Position numbers and translations under genes: made by a program
Source of the DNA: Malacoraja senta
Taxonomy: Eukaryota
Direction of reading: 5' to 3'
Assembly: GCA_038087875.1 (NCBI GenBank)
Contig: JAXLNO010000173.1
Coordinates: 248,001 to 312,000 of the forward strand
DNA length: 64,000 bases
The notes under the pieces: generated by a model
Database searches by the model: none
What the model was told of the DNA's origin: nothing
The model's input: the letters and a program-made list of their open reading frames with translations, nothing else
Shown: piece by piece, positions 11,890-24,654 of the stretch
Numbering within the stretch: the first letter of the stretch is position 1
How the letters are laid out: each line of letters begins with the position of its first letter

Positions 11890-13921
11890 AGAAACATAGA
11901 AAATAGGTGCGGGAGGAGGCCATTCGGCCCTTCAAGCCAGCACCGCTATTCATTGTGATCATGGCTGATCGACCCCTATCAATAACCCGTGCCTGCCTTC
12001 TCCCCATATCCCTTGAGTCCACTAGCCCCGAGAGCTCTATCTAACTCTCTCTTAAATCCGTCCAGTGACTTGGCCTCCACTGCCCTCTGTGGCAGGGAAT
12101 TCCATAAATTCACAACTCTGTGGGTGAAAACGTTTTTTCTCACCTCAGTCTTAAATGACCTCCCCTTTATTCTAAGTCTGTGGCCCCTAGTTCTGGACTC
12201 GCCCAACCTTGGGAACATTTTTCCTGCATCTAGCGTGTCCAGTCCTTTTATAATTGTATATGTTTCTATAAGGTCCCCCCTCATCCTTCTAAACTCCAGT
12301 GAACACAAGCCTAGTCTTTTCAATCTTTCCTCATATGACAGTCCCACCATCCCAGGGGTCAATCTCGTGAACCTACGCTGCACTGCCTCAATCACAAGGA
12401 TGTCCTCCCTCAAATTAGGAGACCAAAACTGTACACAATACTCCAGATGTGGTTTCACCAGAGCCCTATGCAACTGCAGAAGAACCTCTTTACTCCTATA
12501 CTGAAATTCCACTTGTTATGAAGGCAAACATTCCATTAGCTTTCTTCACTGCCTGCTGTACCTGTAAGCCAACTTTCAGTGACTGGTGTACAAGGACGCC
12601 CAGGTCTCGCTGACCTCCTCCTTACCTAACCTAACCCCATTGAGATAATAATCTGCCCCCTTGTTTTTGCCGCCAAAGTGGATAACCTCACATTTATCTA
12701 TATTATACTGTATCTGACACGCATCTGCCCACTCACTCAACCTGTCCAGGTCACCTTGCAACCTCCTAACATCCTCTAAAGATCCGGTAGGCGGCGCGAC
12801 CCACGTCGCAGCGGCCTCTGCAGTCCGTCTGTCTTATTTTTTTTTTTGTCTCGTTTGAGTGTAGTGTGTAGTGTATAGTGTTTTTTTAATTAACTGGGTA
12901 TGTGTGGGGGGTGGGTGAGGAAACTTTTAAAATGTTTTCCCTGTATGGAGGTACCGACCTTTCTTTATCGGGTCTCCGTTGTCGTTGGGGCCTAGCACCG
13001 TGGAGAGGCCTCCAACCGGAACGACCTGGGGCTCCAGTCGCGGAGCCTGCAGACTACTCACCATCGTGGAGCTGGCCGAGTTCGGAGCGTGGAGAGCAGT
13101 GGTGGCGCGCGGCTGCGGCCCGACCCCGGAGATTCAGAGGCTCCAGCCGCAGGTCTGGTGGACGGTGACATCGGGAGCTCGCGGATCCCTGGTGGGAGAC
13201 CGCTTTTCGGAGCTCCCGCAACGGCAACTTCTCCCGCCCGAGTTGCGGGGTTGAAAATGACCTGGAGCGGGGTCTTACATCGCCCGGCGTGGCTTTAATG
13301 GCCGCGGGACTTGCTAGCGCCCGCCGGGGGCTCCAACATCAAGACCCGGAGCGCGGCCTTGCATCGCCCAGCGCGGCCTGAATGGCTGCGGGACTTACTT
13401 ACCATCGCCCGCCGGGGGCTTTGACTTTGACATCGGGAGGAGAATGGGGAGTGCAGGGGAGAGACAAGACTTTTGCCTTCCATCACAGCGAAGAGGAGAT
13501 TCACTGTGATGGATGTTTGTGTAAATTGTGTTGTGTCTTGGTTCTTTTCTTGTTGTATGACTGCAGAAACCAAATTTTCGTTTGAACTTCATTTGAGGTC
13601 CAAATGATAATAAACGGTATTGTATTGTATTGTATTCACAGTTCACACTGCCACCCAGCTTTGTGTCATCCGCAAACATGCTAGTGTTGCTCCTAATTCC
13701 GTCTTCCAAATCATTAATATATATGGTAAACAGTTTGCGGCCCCAAACACCGAGCCTTGCGGCATTCCACTCGCCACTGCCTGCCATTCTGAAAAGGACC
13801 CGTTCACTCCTACTCTTTGCTTCCGGTCTGCCAACCAATTTTCTATCCATGTCAACACACGACCCCCCAATACCATGTGCTCTAATTTTAGTCACCATTC
13901 TCCCGTGTGGGACCTTATCAA
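11890..13921 (-). mobile_element. CR1 LINE 3' part, interrupted at 12777-13636
   Basis: ORF 11979-12512 is the CR1 ORF2 C-terminus, FADDTKLGGSVNCE lies at about 13640-13690, and there is an (ATAGAAAC)n tail. Confidence 0.95.
12777..13636 (+). mobile_element. GC-rich non-autonomous retroelement with Rex1-like tail
   Basis: It interrupts CR1 precisely (acatcctct|...|cacagttc) and has internal ~45-nt repeats, a 3' stem-loop, AATAAA and (GTATT)n. Confidence 0.8.
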
Positions 13922-14869
13922 AGGTACATGGATAGGATAGGTTACATGGGCCATATGCAGGCAAGTGGGAGTAGTGTAGATGGGACATGTTTTGCCGGTG
14001 TGGGAAAGCAGGGATGAAGGGCCTGTTTCCACGTTTTTTGTCCTGGCTTGCCATCTGTGGAACCGGGGGAGCCCACCTGGAGTGGGTCCCCAGGCTCGTC
14101 GTCTCCTTCTTGTACTAGAGGACCAGTAACTGGAGGGTGGAGAGAGCCGGCGAAGGCAGTGGGCGCTGGAACAAAGGGCCGGGAAAAGAACCTGGGGTCT
14201 TATCTCCTTGCCCTCAAGGCCGGCTGTAGGAGCCGTTGCCCCCCCCCCAACCCTCCAACCCTCACCCCTCCAACCCCCACCCCTCCCCCTCTGGGCATGA
14301 AAGGCACGAAGAGGAGAGAATGACAGTTCGCTGATGATCCGGATGGAGGCGACGGCTACAACGGGCCTTTACAATTGAATTGACACAATACACAATTTAC
14401 CCCTTCGGGAATGGCAAGGCCATTCATTACTCATCCCATCAGGAATAACGGTGCGATCTCACAAAACCACTCAATCATGCTTCCAACAGGAAAACTAATT
14501 TATATGCAACATTTATAATTTTCAAAACTTATGGAAATCTTCAATATACTGTCCCTTCAATATATCTGAAATATCAGGATTTCCCAAAAAGGTAACAAAT
14601 TTCCAATGAGGGGAGATGAAATTGCTGTCTGATGCAGTAGCACCATCAAATAAAGTGAACTTCACACCATCTCCCAAGTATGGACTTATGTAGAGAAAAA
14701 TAACATCGGAAATGTTTGGCCAAGTGAGGGGACAAGGATGAAAGGGGTAAAACATAATACATCTAGAAAATAAAACTTTAAACATCAGGCCCCAGAGAAC
14801 ATTGATGAACAAAAGAGGGACGACGCAGATTGGAGAATAGTGAAGTCATTTGACTCCCCAATACACTGG

Positions 14870-17800
14870 TGGGAAGCTACCTTGGAGAGCATTCGAGATT
14901 CTTCATCCTCAAAGATGTTTCAGAAAGCAAGAGAGGGTCAACGGGAATTGTACCAATTCCTGACAGACTTGCAGTAATCTCATACTTTTTGCATTTGAGA
15001 GGGACGAATGTGAGGGCGGAACTCCCAGAGGTGAAGTGCCAGCAGAGTTCCCAAGATCATGTTCTCATCCAGAGTCTGCTCCATGGAGCAAGATGAGTCG
15101 CGCTCACGCTTCTCCTTGACAAAGGCTCACAAGAGTTCTGTGATCCACAGACTTAAAAAAGTGACAGCTCGGTAAACATTGTCACATACAAACACATTGA
15201 GGATCCTTCTATAATGGTCTGTAAGTCAGAAAGACATAGACAGCACAGATTCCCAGAACGCCCTGTATATGGAGATCTTGGAGGGACAGTAAGCTGAAGA
15301 TTCTGGACCAACTAATGATCCTGGTGGATCTGACTGGCTCCACACATTCCTTTGATTTGAATAAAATTCACGGAAGCGATGGTTTGCCGTCTGAGTTGTA
15401 CTTGGCTCTGTGTGACTCGTTGGGCCAGGCCTGCTGGAAGTGTACAATGCTATGCTTCAGTATCTCAGACTCCTTGAGGAAGGGCATCATCATCCCCATA
15501 TCCAAGCAGAATGGGGAGGAGGATATTTGAATATCAGGGGTGTCTCTCGGTTCATCTAGGGATCAAAGATGGAGCGGGTCAAACGGGTCACGGTGCAGGT
15601 CCACAGACAAAGGTGGCAAAAGTGTATTCAACATCGCCCTCATCCTGAGGCCTACCTACCTTCATGTGTGGCTGCATCAGGCTGTGCATAGAGCCAAAGC
15701 GTGTGAGCACCTAGGGTCGTTACCTGTTGAAGCTCTACCTGTCCCGTGTTGGGAAGGTTGGCCTGGCACTGATGCCGTGCAACATTTCGGTCAGCTGTCC
15801 ATTGCCATACCACTTGTCTTTGTGGACCAGTTCCTGCAGATTAACACATTTGACAAGTCCATTTGGCAGTGGTCAGCACGGAACATCCTGTAGGCACTGC
15901 AAGACAAGGACTTATAGAATCATAGAATCATAGAAAGTAGGTGCGAGAGTAGACCACCAGGTCCATCGAGCCCGCACCGCCATTTGCTCATGGCTGAACA
16001 CCAAACAAACACCCCTACCCACAAACAGTAGACACAAGACACGGAACACAAGACACTACCCTCCCCTTTATACCGCTATCACCCCTCTCCACCCCAAGAA
16101 CCGCGTGATCTCCTGGGGGAGGCAAAAAAACGGATAAAAACCCAGGTCCAATTCGGGAAAAAAATCCGGGAAATTCCTCTCCGACCCCAATCCAGGCGAT
16201 CGACACTTGTCCAGGAGATCACTCAGGTCTTACTATACTAACCCTACCTAGGTCCATATCCCTGCCCTCTCCCCGTAGCCCCTTATCCCCTTGGCAGCTA
16301 AAAAAACATCTATTTTAGACTTAAATATATTTAATGTTTCTGCTTCCACTGCTCCCTGGGGCAGTGAATTCCATAAATTAACCACCCTCTGGGTGAAGAA
16401 GTTGTTCCTCATCTCAGTTTTAAAAGAGCCCCCCCTTATTCTGCAACTATGTCCCCTAGTTCTAGTTTCCCCGATCATTGGGAACATCCTCGGTGCATCC
16501 ACCCGATCAAGGCCCCTCACGATCTTATATGTTTCAATGAGATCGCCTCTCATTCTTCTAAACTCCAAAGAGTAGAGTTCCAGCCTACTTAACCTTTCCT
16601 CATATGTCAATCCCCTCATTGCAGGAATTAATCTTGTAAACCTTCGCTGCACTGCCTCCAGGGCCAGTACATCCTTTCTTAAGTATGGACCCCAGAACTG
16701 TACACAGTATTCCAAATGTGGTCTCACTAATACTGTGTACAGCTGCAGCAAGACCTCCGTGTTTTTATACTCAATCCCCCTAGCAATAAAGGCCAAAACT
16801 CCATTGGCCTTCCTGATAGCTTGCTGCACCTGCATACTAACTTTTAGTGATTCATGTACTACTACCCCTAGATCCCTTTGCGTTGCATTACAGCGCAGCT
16901 CCTCCTCATTTAGAAAATAACTTGCCCTATCATTTTTTTTCCCAAAGTGAATGACTTCACATTTATTAGTATTAAATTTCATCTGCCAAGTTGTTGCCCA
17001 CTCACCTAGCTTATCTATATCCTTTTGCAGACTCTTCCTATCCTCCTCATCCCCTACTTTTCTTCCCATTTTTGTATCGTCCGCAAATTTTGATATATTA
17101 CACTTGGTTCCCTCCTCCAAATCATTTATATAAATTGTGAACAACTGGGGTCCCAGCACCGACCCTTGCGGAACCCCGCTAGTTACCGGTTGCCATCCCG
17201 AATATGAACCATTTATCCCCACTCTCTGCTTCCTATTTGTTAGCCAATCCTCTACCCATGCTAATATATTACCCCCAATCCCATAATTTTTTTATTTTTA
17301 GCAATAGTCTCTTATGTGGCACCTTGTCAAAAGCCTTTTGGAAGTCCAAGTATACCACATCCACCGGTTCCCCTTTATCCACCCGGGTTGTTACTTCCTC
17401 AAAGAATTCGAGCAGATTCGTTAAACAGGACTTCCCCTTCACAAAAACCATGCTGGTTTCTGTCCGATGAAGTCATGTCCCATCCAAGTGCCCCGTTAGT
17501 GTTTCTTTAATAATTGTCTCTAACATTTTACCCACCACCGATGTTAGACTAACCGGTCTATAGTTACCCGCCTTCTGTTTACTTCCTTTTTTAAATATAG
17601 GTGTTACATTGGCCATTTTCCAATCCACTGGGGACCGTTCCTGCCTCCAGGGAGTTTTTGGAAAATTATCACCAATGCATCCACAATCCCCACCGCTATC
17701 TCCCTCAAGACCCTTGGATGTAATCCATCAGGCCCAGGGGATTTATCCTCCTTCAGTCTCATTTATTTCCCTAATACCACCTCCTTGGTGATCTTAATAG

Positions 17801-19325
17801 TATTTAAGCTCCTCCATTCCTACCGCCCCTGTTTATCCAGCGTTGGAATATTTTTTGTGTCTTCTATGGTGAAGACTGATACAAAATACTCGTTTAATGC
17901 CTTTGCCATTTCCATGTTCCCCACAACAACAACTCTCCAGTCTCACCCTCCAATGGACCAACGTTCACCTTAGCCACCCTTTTTTCTTTTTTATATAGCT
18001 ATAAAAAACTCTTACTATTAGTTTTTTTATGTTGTTTCGCTAAATTCCTTTCATAGTCTATTTTTCCCCGTCTTAATTAATCTCTTAGTTATTTTTTTGC
18101 TGACCTTTAAATGCTTCCCAATCCTCTACCCTCCCACTATCTCTGGCTACCTTATATGCCCTTGCCTTCAGCCAAATACTATCCCTTTATAGTTTTTACT
18201 GAGCCATGGCTGACTGTTCTTACCCTTACCCCTTTTTTTTTTCATAGGAATAAATTTTTTCTTGAAGGTTATACAGTAGATCCTTAAACGTACACCACTG
18301 CTCATGTACCGTCTTATTCTTGAGTCTACTATCCCAGTCAACTTTGATCAGCTCAGTCCTCATACCTTCATAATCCCCTTTATTTAGACTAAGTACCCTA
18401 GCCTGAGTTTCAACCTGCTCCCCTTCTATTTGAATATGGAATTCGACCATATTGTGGTCACTTGTTCCCAACGAGTCCCTAACTATGACATTTTTAATTA
18501 ATCCTGCTTCATTACACAGGACCAGATCCTGGTGGGTCCTGTGGCATAGTTCCCTGTACAGACTGCCCAACTTGTCTGGAAAAATGTCTAATCACCAGAA
18601 CTCACCAATAAACACCAGAACCTTCCCTTGCTGATGGTGAGAGGGACCTTCCCAGTCAGATCCTTCCTGTATCATCAGAGACTGTCAAAAGATGCATGTT
18701 GCTGCTGGGATGGCTGCTACAGAGAGGATACGGTGATAAGGTCATGTGATATAAGCAGAATTAGGCCATTCAGCCCATCATGTCTTTTCCGCCTTTCAAC
18801 AATGGCGGCTCTATCGCTTTCTCCGAACCCCATTCTCCTGCCTTCTCCCCATAACCTCTGACACCGAATATAAATTTAACAGTTGCCCACCTCTCTGCAG
18901 AGTGTGGAATTACAAAAAGACACTGGAGACAATTTTTTGTCATGGTTCATCCCAAACAGCTCCGTAACAGATGACTATCTGATTTACGGGTTGTTCCCAG
19001 GGACACGTTGATGTTCCCAGACAGACATCAAATGCTTCTGGAAGGAACATCAACATGACCAAAGATACTTATTCTTCCTCCCAAAACCTGTTGGTCTCCC
19101 AGCATAGCGTGATGTCCATCAGGGAATGTTGCCGATGGCCCATTCCAGACAATACGGGTATGTGCTGAATGAAGGTTGCACTGAAGTTTGGTGCAGCCAA
19201 TACCATGGGTCTGTGAGGGAGGACGACCGACTAGGGTCCTTCTACTTGTGGACATGAAGGCCAGTCCAGTGAGGATGCCCCTCAAACAAGGGAATGTGTA
19301 TCACCCTTGGTGGCAACATGAGTGG
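14870..19325 (+). mobile_element. Highly decayed L1/Tx1-type LINE, interrupted by CR1 15913-18528
   Basis: LNKIHGSDGLPSELY...LRKGIIIPISKQNGEE (15315-15530) and C-terminal Cys remnant CCWDGCYREDTV (about 18700). Confidence 0.6.
15913..18528 (-). mobile_element. CR1 LINE, subfamily with extended 3' UTR
   Basis: Open 324-aa RT C-terminal ORF 16248-17222 and an (ATAGAATC)n tail. The 5' part has many 1-nt indels. Confidence 0.95.
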
Positions 19326-21335
19326 CAAGGGTACACAAAAATGCTGGAGAAACTCAGCGGGTGCAGCAGCATCTATGGAGCGAAGGAAATAGGCAACGTT
19401 TCGGGCCGAAACCCTTCTTCAGACTGATAGGGGGTGGGGAGAAGAAAGGAAAAAAGGAGAAAGGCGGAGGAAGAGCCCGAGGGCTGGGGGAGGGGAGGAG
19501 ACAACCAGAGGGCTGATGAAGGGGAGGGGACAGCAAGGGCTAGCAGAATTGGGAAAATTCAATGTTCAAGCCCCCAGGATGTAGACTGCCCAAGCGGAAT
19601 ATGAGGTGCATTTCCTCCAATTTACGGTGTTGCTCGTTGTGGCCATGGAGGAGACCCAGTATAGAGAGGTCAGATACGGAATGGGAGGGGGAGTTGAAGT
19701 GCTGAGCCACCGGGAGGTCAAGTTGGTTATTGCGGACCGACCGGAGGTGTTCGGCGAAACGATCGCCAAGCCTCCGCTTGGTCTCACCGATGTAGATCAG
19801 CTGGCATCTAGAGCAGCGGATGCAACAGATGAGGTTGGAGGAGATGCAGGTGAACCTCTGTCGCACCTGGAACGACTGCTTGGGTCCTTGAATGGAGTCG
19901 AGGGGGGAGGTGAAGGGACAAGTGTTGCATCTCTTTGCGGTTGCAAGGGAAAGTACCAGGGGAGGGGTTGGTATGGGAGGGAAGGGAAGAATAAACAAGG
20001 GAGTTACGGAGGGAGTGGTCTTTGCGGAAGGCAGACATGGGGGGAGATGGGAAGATGTGGCGAGTGGTGGGGTCACGTTGGAGGTGGCGAAAACTGACGG
20101 AGGATCACTTGTTGTATGTGACGGCTGGTGGGGTGAAAGGTGAGGACTAGGGGGACTCTGCCCTTGTTGTGAGTGGGGGGATGGGGAGAGAGGGCAGTGT
20201 TGCGGTGTATGGCAGAGACCCTGGTGCGAGCCCCATCTATGGTGGAGGAGGGGAACCCCCGTTCCCTGAAGAATGAGGACATTTCAGATGCCCTGGTATG
20301 GCACGCCTCATCCTGGGAGCAGATGCGGCATAGATGGAGGAATTGAGAGTGGGGGATGGAGTCCTTACAGGAAGCAGGGTGGGAAGAAGTGTAGTCCAGA
20401 TAGCCATGGGAGTCGGTGGGTTTGCAGTGGATGTCGGTAAGGAGTCTATCACCTTCGATGGAGATAGTGAGGTCAAGGAATGGTAGGGAAGTGTCGGAAA
20501 TGGTCCAGGTGTATTTGAGTGCCGGATGGAAGTTGCTGGTGAAGCGGATGAAGTCAGTCAGTTGTGTGTGGGTGCAGGATGTGGCACCAAAACAATCATC
20601 GATGTAGCGGAGATAGAGGTCGGGGATGGGGCCCGGGTACGCATTGAACAAGGATTGTTCTACGTACCCGACAAAGAGGCAGGCGTAGCTGGGGCCCATG
20701 CGTGTGCCCATAGTTACGCCTTGTAATTGGAGGAAATGGGAGGAGTCAAATGAAAAGTCATTAAGTGTAAGGACCAGCTCCGCTAGGCGGAGGAGGGTGT
20801 CAGTGGCCGGGTATAGGTTGCTTCTACGGTCGAGGAAGAAATGGAGGGCTTCGAGACCATCCTGGTGGGGGATGGAGGTGTACAATGACTGGACGTCCAT
20901 GGTGAAGATGAGGGGGTGAGGGCCTAGAGAGTGGAATGCGCGGAGACGACGGAGAGTGTCTGAGGTGTCTTGAACATAGGTAGGGAGGGATTTAACCAAG
21001 GGGGATAGGATGGAGTCGAGGTACGTGGAGATGAGTTTGGTGGGGCACGAACAGGCAGAGACAATGGGTCTATCGGAACAGTCAGGTTTGTGGATTTTGG
21101 GGAGAAGGTAAAAGCGGGCTGTGCGGGGCTGGGGAACGATGAGGTTGGAGGCTCGGTCGGGCAGGGCGTGGGAGTGGATGAAGTCGGTGATGGTGCTGGA
21201 GATGGTGGCCTGGTGCTCGTCAGTGGGGTCATGGTCCAGGGGTAAGTAGGAGGAGGTGTCCGAGAGTTGGCGCGTGGCCTCAGCTTTGTAGAGATCGACG
21301 CGCCAGACTACCACGGCAACTCCCTTGTCGGCAAG
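19325..21335 (-). mobile_element. Penelope-like element (RT plus GIY-YIG endonuclease), 5'-truncated, frameshifted near 20075
   Basis: ORF 20073-21314 has FYLLPKIHK, MDVQSLYTSIP, GVTMGTRMGPSYA and RYIDD. ORF 19540-20076 has CIRCSRCQLIYIGETKRRLGDRFAEH...GLN. Confidence 0.95.
19391..19426 (-). ncRNA. Minimal type I hammerhead ribozyme in the Penelope terminal repeat
   Basis: Minus strand: agu CUGAAGA a GGGU-UUCG-GCCC GAAAC GUU gcc. Core boxes, stem II and a palindromic (AACGUU) stem III are present. Confidence 0.8.
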
Positions 21336-21389
21336 GGTGTTTTGTTTACAAATAGATGTGAGACAATGAGAATGTATGGAGAGTTCTTG

Positions 21390-24300
21390 CAGTTTTTATT
21401 TTGTATATACTTTTATTATAAATAAAGTTTTTGTGGAAAACATCTATTAATCATATACTTTATGTTAATTTTGAAATACAATTTAAAAAAAGAATCCTAA
21501 TAATGTAAATATTAGATATCTTAAATAATTCTGCTCCCGTCATTATTTGAAGACATGCATTTTCTTCTTCATTCTCCTTAGTTCCTCACTATTTCTTCGT
21601 CCCGATGGACACGTGGCAAAGTGTCGTCTGTCCAGAGTCCCAAGAACTGAATTGTGACCAGTAGCAGAGTAATATAAGTGTTCTAATGCAATTTTTGTGT
21701 ATCTTCACTTTCTGCAGATGCATTGTTTGTTGTATTTTGATCACGGTAACATTTTTCCTGCACTTCTTTCCTGCACACCTGCACTGATCTATCTCCAGTT
21801 TGTACAGGAATTCATGCTCCTTTATTCTGTCTTGGATCTCATAGAAACATAGAAACATAGAAACATAGAAATTAGGTGCAGGAGTAGGCCATTCGGCCCT
21901 TCGAGCCTGCACCGCCATTCAATATGATCATGGCTGATCATCCAACTCAGTATCCCGTACCTGCCTTCTCTCCATACCCTCTGATCCCTTTAGCCACAAG
22001 GGCCACATCTAACTCCCTCTTAAATATCGCCAATGAACTGGCCTCGACTACCCTCTGTGGCAGAGAGTTCCAGAGATTCACCACTCTCTGTGTGAAAAAA
22101 GTTCTTCTCATCTCGGTTTTAAAGGATTTCCCCCTTATCCTTAAGCTGTGACCCCTTGTCCTGGACTTCCCCAACATCGGGAGCAATCTTCCTGCATCTA
22201 GCCTGTCCAACCCCTTAAGAATTTTTTAAGTTTCTATAAGATCTCCTCTCAATCTCCTAAATTCTAGAGAGTATAAACCAAGTCTAGCTAGTCTTTCTTC
22301 ATAAGACAGTCCTGACATCCCAGGAATCAGTCTCGTGAACCTTCTCTGCACTCCTTCTATGGCAATAATGACCTTCCTCAGATTTGGAGACCAAAACTGT
22401 ACGCAATACTCCAGGCGTGGTCTCACCAAGACCCTGTACAACTGCAGTAGAACCTCCCTGCTCCTATACTCAAATCCTTTTGCTATGAAAGCTAACATAC
22501 CATTCGCTTTCTTCACTGCCTGCTGCACGTGCATGCCTACTTTCCATGACACCCAGGTCTCGTTGCATCTCCCCTTTTCCTAGTCGGCCACCATTTAGAT
22601 AATAGTCTGCTTTCCTGTTTTTGCCACCAAAATGGATAAACTCACATTTATCCACATTATACTGCATCTGCCAAACATTTGCCCACTCACCCAGCCTATC
22701 CAAGTCACCTTGCAGTCTCCTAGCATCCTCCTCACAGCTAACACTGCCCCCCAGCTTAGTGTCATCCGCAAACTTGGAGATATTGCCTTCAATTCCCTCA
22801 TCCATATCATTAATATATATTGTAAATAGCTGGGGTCCCAGCACTGAGCCTTGCGGTACCCCACTATTCACTGCCTGCCATTGTGAAAAGGACCCGTTTA
22901 CTCCTACTCTTTGCTTCCTGTTTGCCAGCCAGTTCTCTATCCACATCAATACTGAACCCCCAATGCCATGTGCTTTAAGTTTGTATACTAATCTCTTATG
23001 TGGGACATTGTCGAAAGCCTTCTGGAAGTCCAGATACACCACATCCACTGGATCTCCCCTATCCACGCTACTAGTTACATCCTCGAAAAATTCTATAAGA
23101 TTCGTCAGACATGACTTACCTTTTGTAAATCCATGCTGACTTTGTCCAATGATTTCACCACTTTCCAAATGTGCTGCTATCCCATCTTTAATAACTGACT
23201 CTAGCAGTTTCCCCACTACCGATGTTAGACTAACTGGTCTGTAATTCCCCGTTTTCTCTCTCCCTCCCTTCTTAAAAAGTGGGGTTACGTTTGCTACCCG
23301 CCAATCCTCAGGAACTACTCCAGAATCTAAAGAGTTTTGAAAGATTATTACTAATGCATCCACTATTTCTGGAGCTACTTCCTTAAGTACTCTGGGATGC
23401 AGCCTATCTGGCCCTGGGGATTTATCGGCCTTTAATCCATTCAATTTACCCAACACCACTTACCGACTAACCTGGATTTCACTCAATTCCTCCAACTCCT
23501 TTGACCCGCGGTCCCATGCTATTTACGGCAGATTATTTATGTCTTCCTTAGTGAAGACGGAACCAAAGTAGTTATTCAATTGGTCCACCATATCCTTGTT
23601 CCCCATCATCAACTCACCTGTTTCTGACTGCAAGGGACCTACATTTGTTTTAACTAATCTCTTTCTTTTCACATATCTATAAAAACTTTTGCAGTCAGTT
23701 TTTATGTTCCCTGCCAGTTTTCTTTCATAATCTATTTTTCCTTTCCTAATTAAGCCCTTTGTCCTCCTCTGCTGGTCTCTGAATTTCTCCCAGTCCTCCG
23801 GTATGCTGCTTTTTCTGGCTAATTTGTACGCATCATCCTTCGCTTTGATACCATCCCTGATTTCCCTTGTTATGCACGGATGCACTACCTTCCCTGATTT
23901 TTTTGTAGTTCATCCATGCAGTCTTTAAATGTCTTCCATTGCATATCCACCGTCAACCCTTTTAGAATTAATTGCCAGTCAATCTTGGCCAATTCACGTC
24001 TCATACCCTCAAAGTTACCTTTCTTTAAGTTCAGAACCATTGTTTCTGAATTAACAATGTCGCTCTCCATCCTAATGAAGAACTCAACCATATTACGGTC
24101 ACTCTTGCCCAAGGGGCTACGTACAACAAGACTGCTAACTAACCCTTCCTCATTACTCAATATCCAGTCTAAAATAGCCTGCTCTCTCGTTGGTTCCTCT
24201 ACATGTTGATTTAGATAACTATCCCGCATACATTCCAAGAAATCCTCTTCCTCAGCACCCCTGCCAATTTGATTCACCCAATCTATATGTAGATTGAAGT

Positions 24301-24521
24301 CACCCATTATAACTGTTTTGCCTTTGTCGCACGCATTTCTAATTTCCTGTTTGATACCATCTCCAACTTCACTAGTACTGTTAGGTGGCCTGTGAGTGGC
24401 CTGTGAGTGATGAAGTGGAGAGCGAGATCTCCTCACTTTCCACTTCATCACTCAGGAGGTGGGGGTGGTACATGTGATCATTAAAACACACAGGTTGAAA
24501 AACTGCAGCACAGTTGGCGTC
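21390..24521 (-). pseudogene. Candidate terminal exon split by the CR1 insertion (24426-24521 joined to about 21390-21834)
   Basis: Acceptor tcttgtctggctgtcgttcacag|. Removing the CR1 gives a 113-aa open frame. Two AATAAA signals follow at 21412-21417 and 21395-21400. Confidence 0.3.
21841..24393 (-). mobile_element. CR1 LINE (APE remnant plus RT), 5'-truncated
   Basis: ORFs 23885-24451, 23523-23885, 22470-23459 and 21947-22552. (ATAGAAAC)n tail. TSD GATCTC at 21835-21840 and 24426-24431. Confidence 0.95.
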
Positions 24522-24654
24522 CTGTGAACGACAGCCAGACAAGATATTCAGAAGGTGCACGTGTAATTAAAGTAGAAACTACATTTGTACATCTATCAGA
24601 TACTCATCTTCCAACCTTTTAATAGTATGTGTACGTGCCTTCCTGGTCTACAAT

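Larger units (their letters stand above)
11600..14040 (+). mobile_element. Old CR1 3' fragment (11600-11889 and 13922-14040), split by a younger CR1
   Basis: 8-bp TSD AGGTACAT at 11882-11889 and 13922-13929. Confidence 0.7.

Noticed and set aside
14522..14812. Minus-strand ORF containing WPNISD, like a cytokine-receptor box 1, after an AG acceptor
   Set aside because: It lacks the PxP motif and an upstream transmembrane exon, and has no convincing donor.
8508..23139. Recurrent 'MPAFSPYP...' ORFs and similar (8508, 11989, 22335, 22621)
   Set aside because: They are antisense shadows of CR1 ORF2, not a gene family.
24404..24454. Pre-miRNA
   Set aside because: The stem is better explained as an insertion-junction product and is short for a Drosha substrate.
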